64,000 nucleotides of DNA from Mobula hypostoma. Lineage: Eukaryota. The translations under genes were made by a program, and so were the position numbers. The first letter of the stretch is position 1. Each line of letters opens with the position of its first letter. Below the pieces are notes generated by a model. That model was not told the origin of the DNA. It did no database searches and saw nothing but the letters and a program-made list of their open reading frames with translations. Shown piece after piece: positions 1 through 13,606 of the stretch. The DNA is taken from positions 31,560,001 to 31,624,000 of the forward strand of contig NC_086108.1 in NCBI RefSeq assembly GCF_963921235.1, written 5' to 3'.

Positions 1-2480
1 TGACTTCAATCTACATATAGATTGGGTGAACCAAGTTGGTAAGGGTGCTGAGGAAGAGGATTTCTTGGAATGTATGCGGGATGGTTTCCTGAACCAACAT
101 GTCGAGGAACCAACTAGAGAGCAGGCCATTCTAGACTGGATATTGAGCAATGAGGAAGGGTTCATTAGCAATCTAGTCGTGAGAGGCCCCTTGGGTAAGA
201 GTGACCATAATATGGTGGAATTCATCATTAAGATGGAGAGTGACATAGTTAATTCCGAAACAAAGGTTCTGAACTTAAATAAGGGTAACTTTGAAGGTAT
301 GAGATGTGAATTAGCTAAGACAGATTGGCAAATGATACTTAAAGGGTTGATGGTGGATATGCAATGGCAAGCATTTAAAGATCGCATGGATGAACTGTAA
401 CAATTGTTCATCCCAGTCTGGCAAAAGAATAAACCAGGGAGGGTAGTGCACCCGTGTCTGACAAGGGAAATTAGGGATAGTATCAATTTCAAAGAAGAAA
501 CATACAATTTAGCCAGAAAAAGCGGCTCACCTGAGGACTGGGAGAAATTCAGAGGAGGACAAAGGGCTTAATTAGGAAAGGCAAAACGATTATGAGAGAA
601 AACTGGCAGGGAACATAAAAACTGACTGTAAAAGCTTTTATAGATATGTGAAAAGAAAAAGATTGGTTAAGTCAAATGTAGGTCCCTTACAGTCAGAAAC
701 AGGTGAATTGATCATGGGGAACAAGGACATGGCAGACCAATTGAATAACTACTTTGGTTCTGTCTTCACTAAGGAGGACATAATTAATCTTCTGGAAATA
801 GTAGGGGACCGAGGGTCTAGTGAGATGGAGGAAATGAGGGAAATACATGTTAGTAGGGAAGTGGTGTTAGGTAAATTGAAGGGATTAAAGGCAGATAAAT
901 CCCCAAGGCCAGATGGTCTGCATCTCAGAGTGCTTAAGGAAGTAGCCCAAGAAATAGTGGATGCATAAGTGATAATTTTTCAGAACTCTTTAGATTCTGG
1001 ACTAGTTCCTGAGGATTGGGGGGTGGCTAATGTAACCCCGCTTTTTAAAAAGGGAAGGAGAGAGAAACCAGGGGATTATAGACCAGTTAGCCTGACATCG
1101 GTGGTGGGGAAAATGCTGGAGTCAGTTATCAAAGATGTGATAATAGCACATTTGGAAAGCGATGAAATCATCGGACAAAGTCAGCATGGATTTGTGAAAG
1201 GAAGATCATGTCTGACGAATCTCATAGAATTTTTTGAGGATGTAACTCGTAGAGTGGATAGGGGAGAACCAGTGGATGTGGTATATTTGGATTTTCAAAA
1301 GGCTTTTGACAAGGTCCCACACAGGAGATTAGTGTGCAAACTTAAAGCACACGGTATTGGGGGTATGGTATTGATGTGGATAGAGAATTGTTCGGCAGAC
1401 AGGAAGCAAAGAGTGGGAATAAACGGGACCTTTTCAGAATGGCAGGCAGTGACTAGTGGGGTACTGCAAGGCTCAGTGCTGGGACCCCAGTTGTTTACAA
1501 TATATATTAATGACTTAGATGAGGGAGTTAAATGTAGCATCTCCAAGTTTGCGGATGACACAAAGCTGAGTGGCAGTGTTAGCTGTGAAGAGGATGCTAA
1601 GAGGATGCCGGGTTACTTGGATAGGTTAGGTGAGTGGGCAAATTCATGGCAGATGCAATTTAATGTGGATAAATGTGAAGTTATCCACTTTGGTGGCAAA
1701 AACAGGAAAACAGATTATTATCTGAATGGTGGCCGATTAGGAAAAGGGGAGGTGCAACGAGACCTGGGTGTCATTATACACCAGTCATTGAAAGTGGGCT
1801 TGCAGGTACAGCAGGCGGTGAAAAAGGCGAATGGTATGCTGGCATTCATAGCAAGAGGATTCGAGTACAGGAGCAGGGAGGTACTACTGCAGTTGTACAA
1901 GGCCTTGGTGAGACCACACCTGGAGTATTGTGTGCAGTTTTGGTCCCCTAATCTGAGGAAAGACATTCTTGCCATAGAGGGAGTACAAAGAAGGTTCACC
2001 AGATTGATTCCTGGGATGGCAGGACTTTCATACGATGAAAGACTGGATCGACTAGGCTTATACTCGCAGGAATTTAGAAGATTAAGGGGGGATCTTATTG
2101 AAACGTATAAAATCCTAAAGGGATTGGACAGGCTAGGTGCAGGAAGATTGTTCCCAATGTTGGGGAAGTCTGGAATTAGGGGTCACAGATTAAGGATAAA
2201 GGGGAAGCCTTTTAGGACCGAGATGAGAAAAAACTTCTTCACACAGAGAGTGGTGAATCTGTGGAATTCTCTGCCACAGGAAACAGTTGAGGCCAGTTCA
2301 TTGGCTATATTTAAGAGGGAGTTAGATATGGCCCTTGTGGCTAAAGGGATCAGGGGGTATGGAGGGAAGGCAGGTACAGGGTTCTGAGTTGGATGATCAG
2401 CCGTGATCATACTGAATGGCGGTGCAGGCTCGAAGGGCCGAACGGCCTACTCCTGCACCTATTTTCTATGTTTATATGTT
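1..2480 (+). mobile_element. CR1 (HER1-like) LINE, ORF2 endonuclease end and RT plus 3' UTR; disrupted, runs off the window start
   Basis: YLDFQKAFDKVPH, SGVxQGSVLGP, KFADDTK, VRPHLEYCVQFWSP; stops at 398 and 966; typical 3' tail. Confidence 0.95.
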
Positions 2481-3615
2481 ACAATTTGCATCACATTTCT
2501 GGAGGGTATTCTGCATGCTATTTGGGACAACAGCAAGCCTTTCCTTAGGGTTTCACCCGCAGTCCAATGGCCAGATGGAACAGATCAACCATGATTTAGA
2601 ATGCACCCTAAAGTACCTGGCATCAGAAAGACCTGATGTGTGCTTCAACCATTTGAAGTGGGCAGAGGTTGCCCACAACACCTTACACCATTCAGCAAAC
2701 AGGGTGTCACTGTTCCAGTACCAGTTTGGTTATCCTCTGCCACTCTTTCCAGAACGGGAGGCTGAAGTTGGGGTCCCTGCGGCAGAAGATTTCATCCAAT
2801 CTGCAAGTAAAAATGGATTAGGGCAAGAAAGATTTTGCTGACATCGACCTGGAAGGTGGAAATCAAGGCGAATGGAAGGAGAAGACAGGGTGCCACTTTG
2901 CAGCCTGGGCAAAAGGTCTGGCTGTCCACTCATGACTTGCCTCTCCAGGTGGAGTCTAGAAAGTTCCCGTCCAAGTTCACCAGACCCTTCAGAGTCCTGA
3001 GGATGTAAACCCGGTGGCTTACACCTTGCAGATCTCCAAGACTCTAAAGATCAATCCCACCTTCCAAATCTCTAAATTAAAACCTGTCTGCACCTACACC
3101 TTGACCCCACCACCACCCAGGTTTACCAATGGGGGAGCAGGTCTTCACCGTGAGAATGCTTTTGGGCACATACTGTTCAGGGTGTTCGGCAATACCTCAT
3201 GGACTGGGAAGGATTCGGACCCCAGGAGAGATGCTGGGTGCCTGAAAGAGCCACCTTGAATCCAGCTCTCATCCACGACTGTCAAGGCTGTCAGGAGTCA
3301 GCCGAAGAGGAGGGGGTCTTGTTATGAGACGCTCCCAACCACGCCAGCTTCCGGGATATAGATGCTCTAACTCCCCGGAATATGGATAGCTGGTGCAGTC
3401 CCTTTAAGGGTTCAGGATGGTCACACTAAGTGGCAATCATGTTTTAGGCATGAAGAATTGAGTATTGAAAGAGCCCCTGAACTGAGGTTCAGTGTTCAAT
3501 CGTAAGCCTACTAGTGATTTTGTCTAGTGTTTGTTTTGTGCTCAGTTTACAATCCAGTGTCTCAATCCTTGCTTCAAATACTCCAGCATTTGGGTCCAAA
3601 CCACCCTTGTCACTT
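2481..3615 (+). mobile_element. Degenerate Gypsy (chromovirus-type) 3' part: integrase, chromodomain, PPT and 3' LTR
   Basis: GFHPQSNGQME integrase motif; [17 protein letters not shown] chromodomain remnant near 3190-3243; purine tract GAAGAGGAGGGGG before TGTT at 3320. Confidence 0.75.
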
Positions 3616-5115
3616 ATCAGGGAGCACCCACTCAGGCAAGTGTATTCGAGATTCTAACCTCTGTCGGTGAAAATCTAAAGGTGCTGCAAGTGGCACTGTC
3701 TCATTGACCCACACAGCCTTTCTCCGTGCTACAAAAATTCTTTCATCTTAGATCCTTCCTAAACTTCTCTTCCATAACCCTAAACCTCTGCCATCCAGTG
3801 TTAGACCTCTCTGCTATGGAGAAACAGTTCCTACTAACCCACACTACCCTACCCACTCATATTTTGTAAAACTCTTCCAGAACTCCCCCTCTGCTCCAAG
3901 GAAAACAAACCAAGCCGCCTTTCAAATTTATGTGCATCTCCCCTGAACCCCATGTTTTTATCTTCGCCATCAACTCTCCTCACCTCCCAATACTGATCAG
4001 AGAGCTGTGTGGCGGTGAGACCAAGAGTTCAGGCCCAAAGACCTTGGTGTTAAATTTATTAGGTGCATGGGTTAGTAGGTTAACTAGTCACAATGGTGTA
4101 ATGGGTGGTGTGGGCTCGTTGGGACAGAAGTGCTAGTTCCTGTGCTCTATCTCTGAATAAAAATAAAAATAGGAGGTAGTCAATTGCTTCGGGTGGGTGG
4201 TTGCAGTGAATGAATAGATAGTCATCCTTGACTGTTTCTTAGTTCACCACACCCCTGTCATTCACCAACCAACATCCTTTATCAAATAAGATTCACACCT
4301 CGCAAACATACGCTTCAGTCCAAACCCACTGTGGTGCTGTTGCAAGCCTTACGCCAAAGTCACTCATCTGTCACACAGTGCCAGAAATTCAGCCATGAGG
4401 GTCACTTCCCGCAAACAGCCTACTTGCCTCAAACCGGTACACACCTCCTCTGCTTCTTGCAGGCTGAGTAGCACACAAGTAGTAGGTTCCGTCCAGAGGG
4501 AGGAAGGCACCTTTGCATGTACCGCCCTTCGGGGAGAGGACAAGGACGCCCTTTTTGGAAAGGGCTTGGCCAGTTGAGGGGCTGAATCAATGCAGAGGAA
4601 TGGAGAAGAGAGGTAAGCTGGCTTGTGAGGAGGGTGTCACCAAGTGTTCTCCAGGGAGCTGTCGAATCTTCAGGACACAGGGGGCTACAGACCAAGTGCC
4701 AGCTAGGGATGAGTATAGTCTTCTTACCTGTCCATGTTGAAGAGCTGAAAGGAGAAGGGAGCAAGCTGGTGATAAGAAGGGGCGAAGGCAAGGGGTGCGG
4801 GCTCATATCTGCAGCTTCCAAATCAAGGGCATGGGACATCAGAAGAGGGGCTGGGTCTGACGCTACTCTAATCTCCAAATCACTCGATCCCGCCACTGGT
4901 CACAGGATGGTGCCTCTGAACTCCCATCTGCCACTGGACTGAACCTGAGTCATGAGTAGACTTTGGGGTCATAGTTATACAGCACAGAACCAAGTCCTTT
5001 GACCCAAATGATCCATGCTGATCTGCTGAATCAACTGCCCACCTTGGGAATAAAAGTAAACACTCTGTTTATTTTCTTTACTTCACATGACCATAACTAT
5101 TTCCATTAACTGTTA

Positions 5116-5300
5116 ACACAAGGAAATCTGCAGATCCTGGAATTTCAAGCAACACAGATAAAAATTGCTGGTGAATGCAGCAGGCCAGGCAGCATCTATA
5201 GGAAGAGGTATAGCGAAGGGTCTCGGCCCGAAACGTCGACTGTACCTCTTCCTATAGATGCTGCCTGGCCTGCTGCGTTCACCAGCAATTTTTATGTGTG
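5116..5300. mobile_element. Fold-back (inverted-repeat) Penelope pseudo-LTR derivative
   Basis: Arms about 5150-5213 and 5239-5300 are reverse complements; flanked by direct repeat TCCATTAACTGTTA. Confidence 0.8.
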
Positions 5301-6104
5301 TCCATTAACTGTTACCTTGTTTTAATCAAATACATAATGATTCTTATTTTTTAATGGTTTTCATGGAATTTAAGGCAAATCTACTGATTGTCAAACATTT
5401 AAAAACAATTCAAAGGCTTCTGACAGCAGTAAGCTGTCATTAGGTCATCAGAGTGGGCAAGATTTGGATGGAGGATCAGTGATCTGAAACATTAACTTTG
5501 TTTCTCTCTCCACAGGTGCTACCCGATATGCTGAGTATCCCCTGCATTTTCTGCTTTTGTAATTTAACTATGGTTTATTTACTTAAAGTGCGCAAAACTA
5601 CAGTTGGTGTTTCTGATGTGCTTAAGAGAATAAGTTTCCTTGAAACGACGCAATGGCCTGGACAACCAACATGATAAAAAACTCCAATAATTCACTTTCA
5701 AATGGTTCAGAAAATCTTGTGGTTTAGCATGTGGCTCACTGGGTGCTGACTCCCAAACTCTGTCGAACTCACTGGGACCCCAGCTCCCACGTTCCCTCTT
5801 TGCCACTCTCACCCCGCTCTAATCAGGAAGGAGGCTACATAGCAACCAAGCCAGGACCACAAGATTCAAAAACAGTTACTTTCCCCAAGCAGTAAGGCTG
5901 ATCAACACCTCCACCCCCAACCACCACTACTTTATCGTTTCCTGTCGGTCACCTTATGTACAGACACTCCTGTGCCTAGCATTACTTTATGGACATACAA
6001 TAAATCTATGTATATAAGCTATTTTATGTATTTATATTTATTATACATAAATAAGATTATTATTGTGTTCTTTGTTTTATTGCTTTTCTTGTGCTGCATC
6101 AGAT

Positions 6105-6495
6105 CTTACTTACTGTCAACTATGTTGCTGGCAACAATGGAGGTCCTCCTTCTCTGACAGTGACCAGAGCTTCCTTCGTCTTGTCAGTAGCTTTCTCTTG
6201 GTTTTCACTACTGGCAGTCCTGCAAGTCCTGACTGGAGGCTCAGGAATACCATCACACTCAAATGTGGAAGGATTCTTCATTGCTGTTCCCGTAATAGTT
6301 TCGTTTTACAAGTCAGGGTTGTTACCCTGAGCTGATCCCCTGAACCTGGAGGACCAGACTGGCCTCTACCTTTTGGCCTGTTTGGTATTGGTGACCAAGA
6401 GCTAAAGCATAAAGCTCAGACCCCAGCCAACATAGCTGTCTGGGTCATTGAAGCACGCAAGCCTCCAAACCACAAGGTTGTGATCCTTTTGGAGG
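6105..6495 (-). mobile_element. Non-autonomous RTE (Rex3/Expander-like) element joining 5' UTR and 3' tail
   Basis: Minus strand begins with RTE-type 5' motif CACAACCTTG..GGCTTGCGTG..TCAATGACCC..AGCTATG and ends in a TAAGTAAG tail. Confidence 0.55.
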
Positions 6496-8163
6496 TGTAT
6501 CATATCTGCAGTAACATTTATTTTGTTTCCCTTTACACTCGTGTACCAGAAATGACATTAAACAATCTTTAAATGACATTAAGTAATCTTGCACATTTGG
6601 ACTCTGATTCCGATGATCTCGTTACACTCATCAAATTCTATTTTGTCCGTGCTCTTGAAACTTACCTGGAAACTGGAAATTAGAAAAAGGTTTACATTAC
6701 TGTGCTGAGCAACATCTTAAAAAAAAGTGAATTAAACGTTAAATAAAATTACATCCAATGGTCTGAAAAATCTGCCTGTCCGGCACCACCAAAGTTCTGA
6801 GCATTCTGGATTAACCGATTTTTTTTCTGCAGTCTGCACAACAAAAGGAAATAGCAATTGTCTGCTTAACACTTTTGAGTACAGCTTCTTTTACACTAGA
6901 TCTGTCTTTCTGCTCTAGGTCCATGCAAAGGTCACTTGGAGACAGAGCAGCCTCTGACTGGTTGACTGCAAAACAATCGCTGATTGGCTGCTCTAAAGAC
7001 AAAGTGGAACGTGGGATAGGAAATTAGGCCATGAAGTATACCATCGCTGCTGGAGAGGTACTTAGCGAAACAGAGCCTTCCTCCTGTAGTAAAGGGGGAG
7101 CAGTGCATGATAGACTGTGTTTAATTTTAAGGTCAACATCAATATGAATCAGTTTTAAAACCACATTAGCTAAACCAGTAACTCTCTGAGTCAGAAGTTT
7201 GTCGGTTTAGCTTTTGTTCGGAGCTCTGGGTACAGTAGTCCAGCTCACTACTCTATATGGTACTGAGGATGTCCTGTTGACTGGATGCTATGTAAATATG
7301 AGGCCTGACCTGCCCTCCTACACTGCACTAATTAATCCCCATACACAGTAACCAACAATGAGCATTCCCAGAACCCCCTAGCCTTTCAGGTGCAGTGCTG
7401 AATTAGGGTTCATATAAGTAAACTACCATCATCCACCCCTCTTGCCAACTCTCTCAATTCCCATGCTATCTTCATTCCCACTGTCATCTGCCCCAGTCCC
7501 TTAACTCTGAAACTGCCACCCTTCCCTCCAAGTTCATCATGTAACAGCATTACCAATACAACCTCCTGAACTTGGCCTCCTAACAGGTGTAAGTGCATTA
7601 ACAAAAGGTTTATTGGTCTAGTATTTGGAAAGGGCATGGTCTCTGTTGCGGCTTTTGTCTTCTGAAACTTAGAAGAAAGAGAGAGGACTTGAACCTATGC
7701 GGTCTTCATAGACCAGATGAGGAGTTCATTCTCCCAAGGGAATCGGGTCCCTGTTTTTGAGTTCAGAATGAGACGAGACAATTTTCCCTCTTTTGAGTGG
7801 TTGTGAATCACTCTAGCTTAAAGAGCAATGGAAGCAGAGTCTTGATTATTGCAGCGGCTCATTCTTGATAAGGTTAATGGCGGTAGAAAGGAATATGGAA
7901 CTGAAGTTACAATGAGACCACTTATCATCTTGAATGGCAGAACATGCTTGAAGGCCAAGTGGCCCATTCCTGTTCCCTTGGTCGTTTGTAAATATCACAA
8001 ACTCTAAATAGGCTAACCACTGCAGCTGAAATTGCAGCTAATGACTAACACTTTTTAGGTAGGATAGAACTTCCAGGAATATATCCTTATTAAGAGAAAA
8101 ACGTCAAAGCCTTCCAATAAAATCCCTAACACAATTCATTGGCAATTTTTTCTAAAACTGATA

Positions 8164-8169
8164 TTTATT
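8164..8169 (-). terminator. Candidate FASLG polyadenylation signal
   Basis: AATAAA on minus strand about 840 nt after the stop, in an AU-rich 3' UTR with several ATTTA motifs. Confidence 0.45.
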
Positions 8170-9006
8170 TATAAATTATGTCATATATAAAATTAAAAAT
8201 ATAAGATCTACACATTACCATTGCAATCAGGTAAGTTAATATTGCACAATTTTTTTGTCATAAAAATGGTTACCAATAAAATCAAAGTGTGCTGTGTTTC
8301 AAAGTGACATAAAATCAAAGATGGTGTCCACCAGGACATTGATATGCTCTGGCAGATACCTTTTTGCACGATAGAAGAATCTCAAATGAGCAATTCAAAG
8401 AGTCTGCGTATAATGCACACATAACAGTATGTTTCTCAGGGAAGCTTCTCCACCTTCAAAAAGAATATTTTACAATGTATTCACAACCAAATCCATTGCA
8501 CATATATCAAATTTAAGTAGATTTCTGAAATGGTATTGTCATCACTAAAATGCAATAGGTTGCTCTCAGTTCAACAGGAGTCTGAAGGTCAAATAAAAGA
8601 CCAAGAACTTTTCAGAATTGCCTGTATCTGTGTTTTGCTTGTATATTTTCTTTTGAAGTTGAGTAATATTCATCCTTGATATTTTAAATTCACAACTGAC
8701 TTAATTTTTCACTATAATAATCTACGTCATTGTTGACAAATTAATAGTTAAAAGAACAACTGAATAATTGAATCGTGGCCTCAGAAATGGCTCAGTCCTC
8801 CTTTTTGTCCTTATCCACTCCTCCATCAGGTGGAGTAGATCATCCTCAGTTAAAACAAACCGGATGCTTAATTGCTTTCCCAAATCCTTTCCTCTTTGGA
8901 AACAGAAAGGATCAATCAAAGGGTGAAGATCTTAAATGTTGGTGTGAGTGGAATGTATCCTTTTAATTTTTGTTTAAATAACATTATATAAATGAGCAAA
9001 TGTGTG

Positions 9007-9410
9007 TTAAAGCTTATATAATCCAAAGAAAGTTTTAGACTCATCAGAATCAACTAACTTGGGATATGACACATTAACATAAAGTGACTCTCCTTTGGAA
9101 AGAAATACTATTCCTGCTTGGTAACTACTTGTGGCCCAGTCCTTGTCATTCAATGAACAATAGCTTGTTTTCTTTGCTTCCATGAGAATCAAGTCTTTGT
9201 GATAGCGATCTGTTCGTTTGAACACGGTGTGCTCTAAGTTCTTGTCTAGTTCACATCTAAATGCTCGGAAATAGATCTTAGAATATATGAAGAAAAATCC
9301 GGTTTCATTGACGATGAGACCTCTGTCTTTATATAGGACACCCCGGGTAAAGGCATTGCCCAGATGATCATGCCACGTGAGTGGGTTGGAACCTTTATTT
9401 TTATAAGAGC
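9007..9410 (-). CDS. FASLG: FASLG exon 4 (TNF homology domain), 404 nt
   Basis: CAG acceptor at 9413-9411; LTW, GLIVNETG, IYSKIYFR, two Cys, TFFGLYKL then stop. Confidence 0.93.
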
Positions 9411-12400
9411 CTGGTGTAAAAACATTGCAAGTAAAGATTATTAATATACAATTCAAAATTAAACATAATGAATACTTATTACCTAGGAGTAACAAGAAGT
9501 ATTGGTCATTAGTGGTCAGGATAACACATCAAGTAAATGAATGCATTCCACTTTTGTCCAGTGCCAAAATACCCAGGCCAATTGAATATGAAAACCGCTA
9601 TAAATATAATATCATCAATGAATGTAAAGTACAATGGGAACTTTTCTATAATTTTAATGAAAGGAATACGGTTAAAACTGATGAACTGAGGTCTGAGCAA
9701 CAGACACAAAATGCTGGAGGAACTCAGCAGGCCAGGCAGCATCGATGGAAAGGATTACAGTCCTCAGGAAGGGTCTGAGGTCAGAGGTCACAATGACTCT
9801 TGAAGGACATGAGGCTTGGCTAGGCTCAAATAAACTCCCAGTTATGCCCAAGCTCATTGGAAGAGATGATATGAAGGTGGAAACTATTATTGTAATCATA
9901 GGGTCACCTAGTCACCAAATAACCACATAACCATATAACTATATAACAATTACACCACGGAAACAGGCCATCTCAGCCCTTCTAGTCCATGCCGAACTCT
10001 CACCTAGTCCCACCTGCCTGCACTCAGCCCATAACCCTCCATTCCTTTCCTGTCCATATAGCTGTTCAATTTAACTTTAAACGACAACATGGAACCTGCC
10101 TCAACCACTTCTGCTGGAAGTTTGTTCCACACAGCTACCACTCTCTGAGTAAAGAAGTTCCCCCTCATGTTACCCCTAAACTTTTGTCCTTTAATTCTCT
10201 ACTCATGTCCTCTTGTGTGAATCTCCCCCACTCTCAATGGAAAAAGCCTATCTACGTCAACTCTATCTATCCCCCTTATAATTTTAAATACCTCTATCAA
10301 GTCCCCCCTCAACCTTCTATGTTCCAAAGAATAAAGACCCAACTTGTTCAACCTTTCTCTGTAACTTAGGTGATGAAACCCAGGTAACATTCTAGTAAAT
10401 CTCCTCTGTACTGTCTCTATTTTGTTGACATCTTTCCTATAATTCGGTGACCAAAACTGTACACGATACTCCAAATTTGGCCTCACCAATGCCTTGTACA
10501 ATTTCAACATTACATCTCAACTCCTATACTCAATGCTCTGATTTATGAAGGCCAGCATACCAAAAGCTTTCTTCACCACCCTATCCACATGAGATTCCAC
10601 CTTCAGGGAACTATGCACCATTATTCCTAGATCCCTCTGTTCTACTACATTCTTCAATGCCCTACCATTTACCATGTATGTCCTATTTTGATTAGTCCTA
10701 CCAAAATGTAGCACCTCACATTTATCATCATTAAACTCCATCTGCCATCTTTCAGCCCACTCTTCTAACTGGCCTAAATCTCTCTGCAAGCTTTGAAAAT
10801 GTACTTCATTATCCACAACTCCACCTATCTTAGTATCATCTGCATACTTACTAATCCAATTTACCACCCCTTCATCCAGATCATTAATATATATGACAAG
10901 TAACATTGGACCCAGTACAGATCCCTGAGGCACACCACTAGTCACCGGCCTCCAATCTGACAAACAGTTATCCACTGCCACTCTCTGGCATCTCCCATCC
11001 AGCCACTGCTGTATCCATTTTACTTCTTCAATATTAATACCTAATGATTGAACCTTCCTAACCAGCGTTCCATGTGGGACCTTGTCAAAGGCCTTACTGA
11101 AGTCCATATAGACAACATCCACCACTTTACCCTTATCAACTTTCCTAGTAACCTCTTCAAAAAATTCAATAAGATTTGTCAAACATGACCTTCCACGACC
11201 AATATCGAAATATCAATCTACCACATCTCATGATGCTTAAGGTCATGTTGAGCTGCTTGCTGACAAGGCAGAGGTGGGAGGTAGGAGTTGAGAATGTGAC
11301 CTGTTCACTAAAATAACTTGGATCTCAACAAGCATAAAACACAAGCAAAGATGCTGCCTGACCTGCTTCCAACATTTTCTACTTCTATTTGCTTTGTATT
11401 TTAAATTTCACTGTATTACAGACCTGAAAGTAATTTCATGCCAAACTAATTGTTCATTCTCTTTAGTAATAAATGATTTCTGCTAGTATTACACTGAGCA
11501 GGTAAAAACACTGAGCTTGCAATAGGTCCTATACATACACAAGCCTTTCCTTTCTCTTAATCAGCAAGCATATATAAATTCTTATTTCTTTTAATTATCA
11601 AAAGACAATGTGTGCTTTAATCTATTTTTCGATGTACCTTAATGCTAAACAAATTCTTTCAGACTTTAGCTTATTTTTATTGGTTCCATTACCAGATTCA
11701 GTTACCAGGCATTTTGCCAACTTGTCTTACTAAATACGCTAGAGACAGCTAGTGGCAAGATTGTAGTACTGCAGCACATTTTGATATTTTTTATTACGAA
11801 GGCTGATATCAAAGTAGGAAGACATGCAAAAAGCCTAGCTGACCCATGCAATTTCTCCTGATATTTCCCTTCTTCCCTTAATCCCAGTATATATTATCTT
11901 ATATATTTCTCTCCTCAACCTGGCTCCATACCCTACTCTTCTAACTTGTTGCACATAACTATTCTTCCACCCACATTATGTGAAGTCTCAATGAATTAAT
12001 TTTTAAACTATGCCCCCCGGTGAATTGGATCAACATTATCCATTCCTATCATAAATTTGAGTATTTTATTACTTTTTTCCCAATGGTAGCAAATCTAAAA
12101 TCTTCAATCTTTCCTCCCAGGGTTCCTGAGATTAGTTGACTCCTAATATCTAATTCTGGACAAACTTGAAAGCAATACAATCTATTGTATGTTTCCTGGG
12201 TGAACATTGGTTAAATTTTTGGCTGCATGGCTTCATCTTATCAAATCTAAATGAAATTCTAATCAAAACGAATAACATTTAATAAAATTCATGTCAGTAA
12301 AATGGAAGGAATCCAAGATATTAGTTCTGTCTTCATTTTATAGATTTATTTTTGCCCTATCTATTTTGTGTTTTTTTCACTGAACTTCACCCCCCACTGC

Positions 12401-13463
12401 CCACACCCCTTCTCTGCATAGCTTTTGGATCACTGTTCTTGCTGGTCTCTCCATTACTTTCTGTTTCATTTTATGTCTCCCAATCCTCTTCAGTACTACC
12501 ATTCTAATATTGATTCCACGACAGTGCTCCCAAGAATTAATAATTCATCACTGACCTGTTAGATGTGCAGCTGCTTTGAGATTCCTGGGTGGTTCTGTCA
12601 CATTTTTAACTCCTATGGAAGGCACAAAGTTATGATCCCTTAGCAAGAAGAGGCAGACCTGCATCATGTGTCACATACTGAACAAATAAAGTACAACTTT
12701 GGATAGCCCTCTACTTTGTTGCAAAACAATTTGGTTGAATGAATCAACAATTTGAAATAGTGTTGATTTTATCCGAGTCATTTTCTACACTCTTATGTAA
12801 TTCAGATAGAGATCAATGTAAGAGTGATTCTTTTTCCTTTGCAAACTTCCTTTATAGTTAATACCATTTTAGTAATTGCCCCTTTTAACTTTATCTTCTT
12901 CATTTTGACTCTCTACACTCCTCCCCAGGACTCTGAATGATAACAGAATCCTTAGGTCTCTGCTGGGCCCCAAGAAGTACCAGATCATATTTGCAAGACT
13001 AGTAGATCAATGCAAGTGACATTTTGTATAATTATATTTAAACTAGCCCATGCTTACCAATAATTTTCTCTGCACGTGAACCCTTTGCTCTATTATCCTG
13101 ATTAAAAGAAAAGAGAAAAAAAATTAGCCTGCACATTCTCATCCAAGTTGCCTGCTTTAATCCCACATCACTCAGTTCCTCCACCATTCCCACCTCAACC
13201 TTTCATTTAGTTGCTTAGCAATGTACCTCTTTTATCTCTTTGATGTCCTTTTGGAGGTCAATTAAATAGACCGTCCCCAGTGCAACCCATGCCAGAGCTA
13301 GTAGAACCAAGTTCAGAATCAGAATGGAGCCCACTGTCTTGCAGTCACACTTTCTCCTCTTCTTCAATGTGGGCAGAGTCCAAACTGGTGGCTGCACATA
13401 GGGATTGAGATTCGGATTCCCATCCACCATGAACACTTGCGGATATGCATAGCTCTGTTGCAT
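9007..13463 (-). CDS. FASLG: Fas ligand (TNFSF6), 4 coding exons: join(13463-13227,13097-13058,12612-12556,9410-9007); 738 nt, 245 aa type II membrane protein
   Basis: N-terminus MQQSYAYPQVFMVDG, KKRRK then TM helix, AAHLTG strand A, TNF homology domain ending SKTFFGLYKL (the FASLG C-terminus). All introns GT-AG with phases 0,1,1; the spliced frame is open. Confidence 0.92.
9923..11198 (-). mobile_element. 5'-truncated CR1 LINE in FASLG intron 3
   Basis: RT ORFs 10517-11182 and 10199-10510 (DFSKAFDKVPH, YADD, VRPNLEY); tandem 8-mer tail. Confidence 0.93.
12556..12612 (-). CDS. FASLG: FASLG exon 3 (VKNVTEPPRNLKAAAHLT-G), 57 nt
   Basis: TAG acceptor, CAG|GTCAGT donor, encodes AAHLTG motif; phase 1 to 1. 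Confidence 0.9.
13058..13097 (-). CDS. FASLG: FASLG exon 2 (DNRAKGSRAEKII-G), 40 nt
   Basis: Strong polypyrimidine tract plus CAG acceptor; donor TTG|GTAAGC; phase 0 to 1. Confidence 0.88.
13227..13463 (-). CDS. FASLG: FASLG exon 1 (cytoplasmic tail and TM), 237 nt
   Basis: ATG at 13463; ends ...KEIKE with donor GAG|GTACAT, phase 0. Confidence 0.9.
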
Positions 13464-13606
13464 CGTTGGTCACTCAAGCAAATAAATAAGCCTGCAGAGC
13501 AGTACTTCCTTTGATAATGTTTCCTTCAGTAGCCTCTCCTAGTGTAAAGTAATCCTTCAGCTTGTGTACCAAGTATCTCTACTGCTCAACCAACAGTGAC
13601 AGTTTC

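Noticed and set aside
4395..4942. Several overlapping ORFs on both strands
   Set aside because: No recognisable domain or supported splice structure; probably decayed repeat sequence.
6950..7000. CCAAT-like boxes downstream of FASLG
   Set aside because: No associated exon or other promoter evidence.
9411..9495. N-terminal part of ORF 9007-9495 (MLLLGNKYSLCLIL...) resembling a signal peptide for a secreted FasL
   Set aside because: It is AT-rich intron 3 sequence ahead of a clear acceptor, has a non-ATG start, and would lack strand A.
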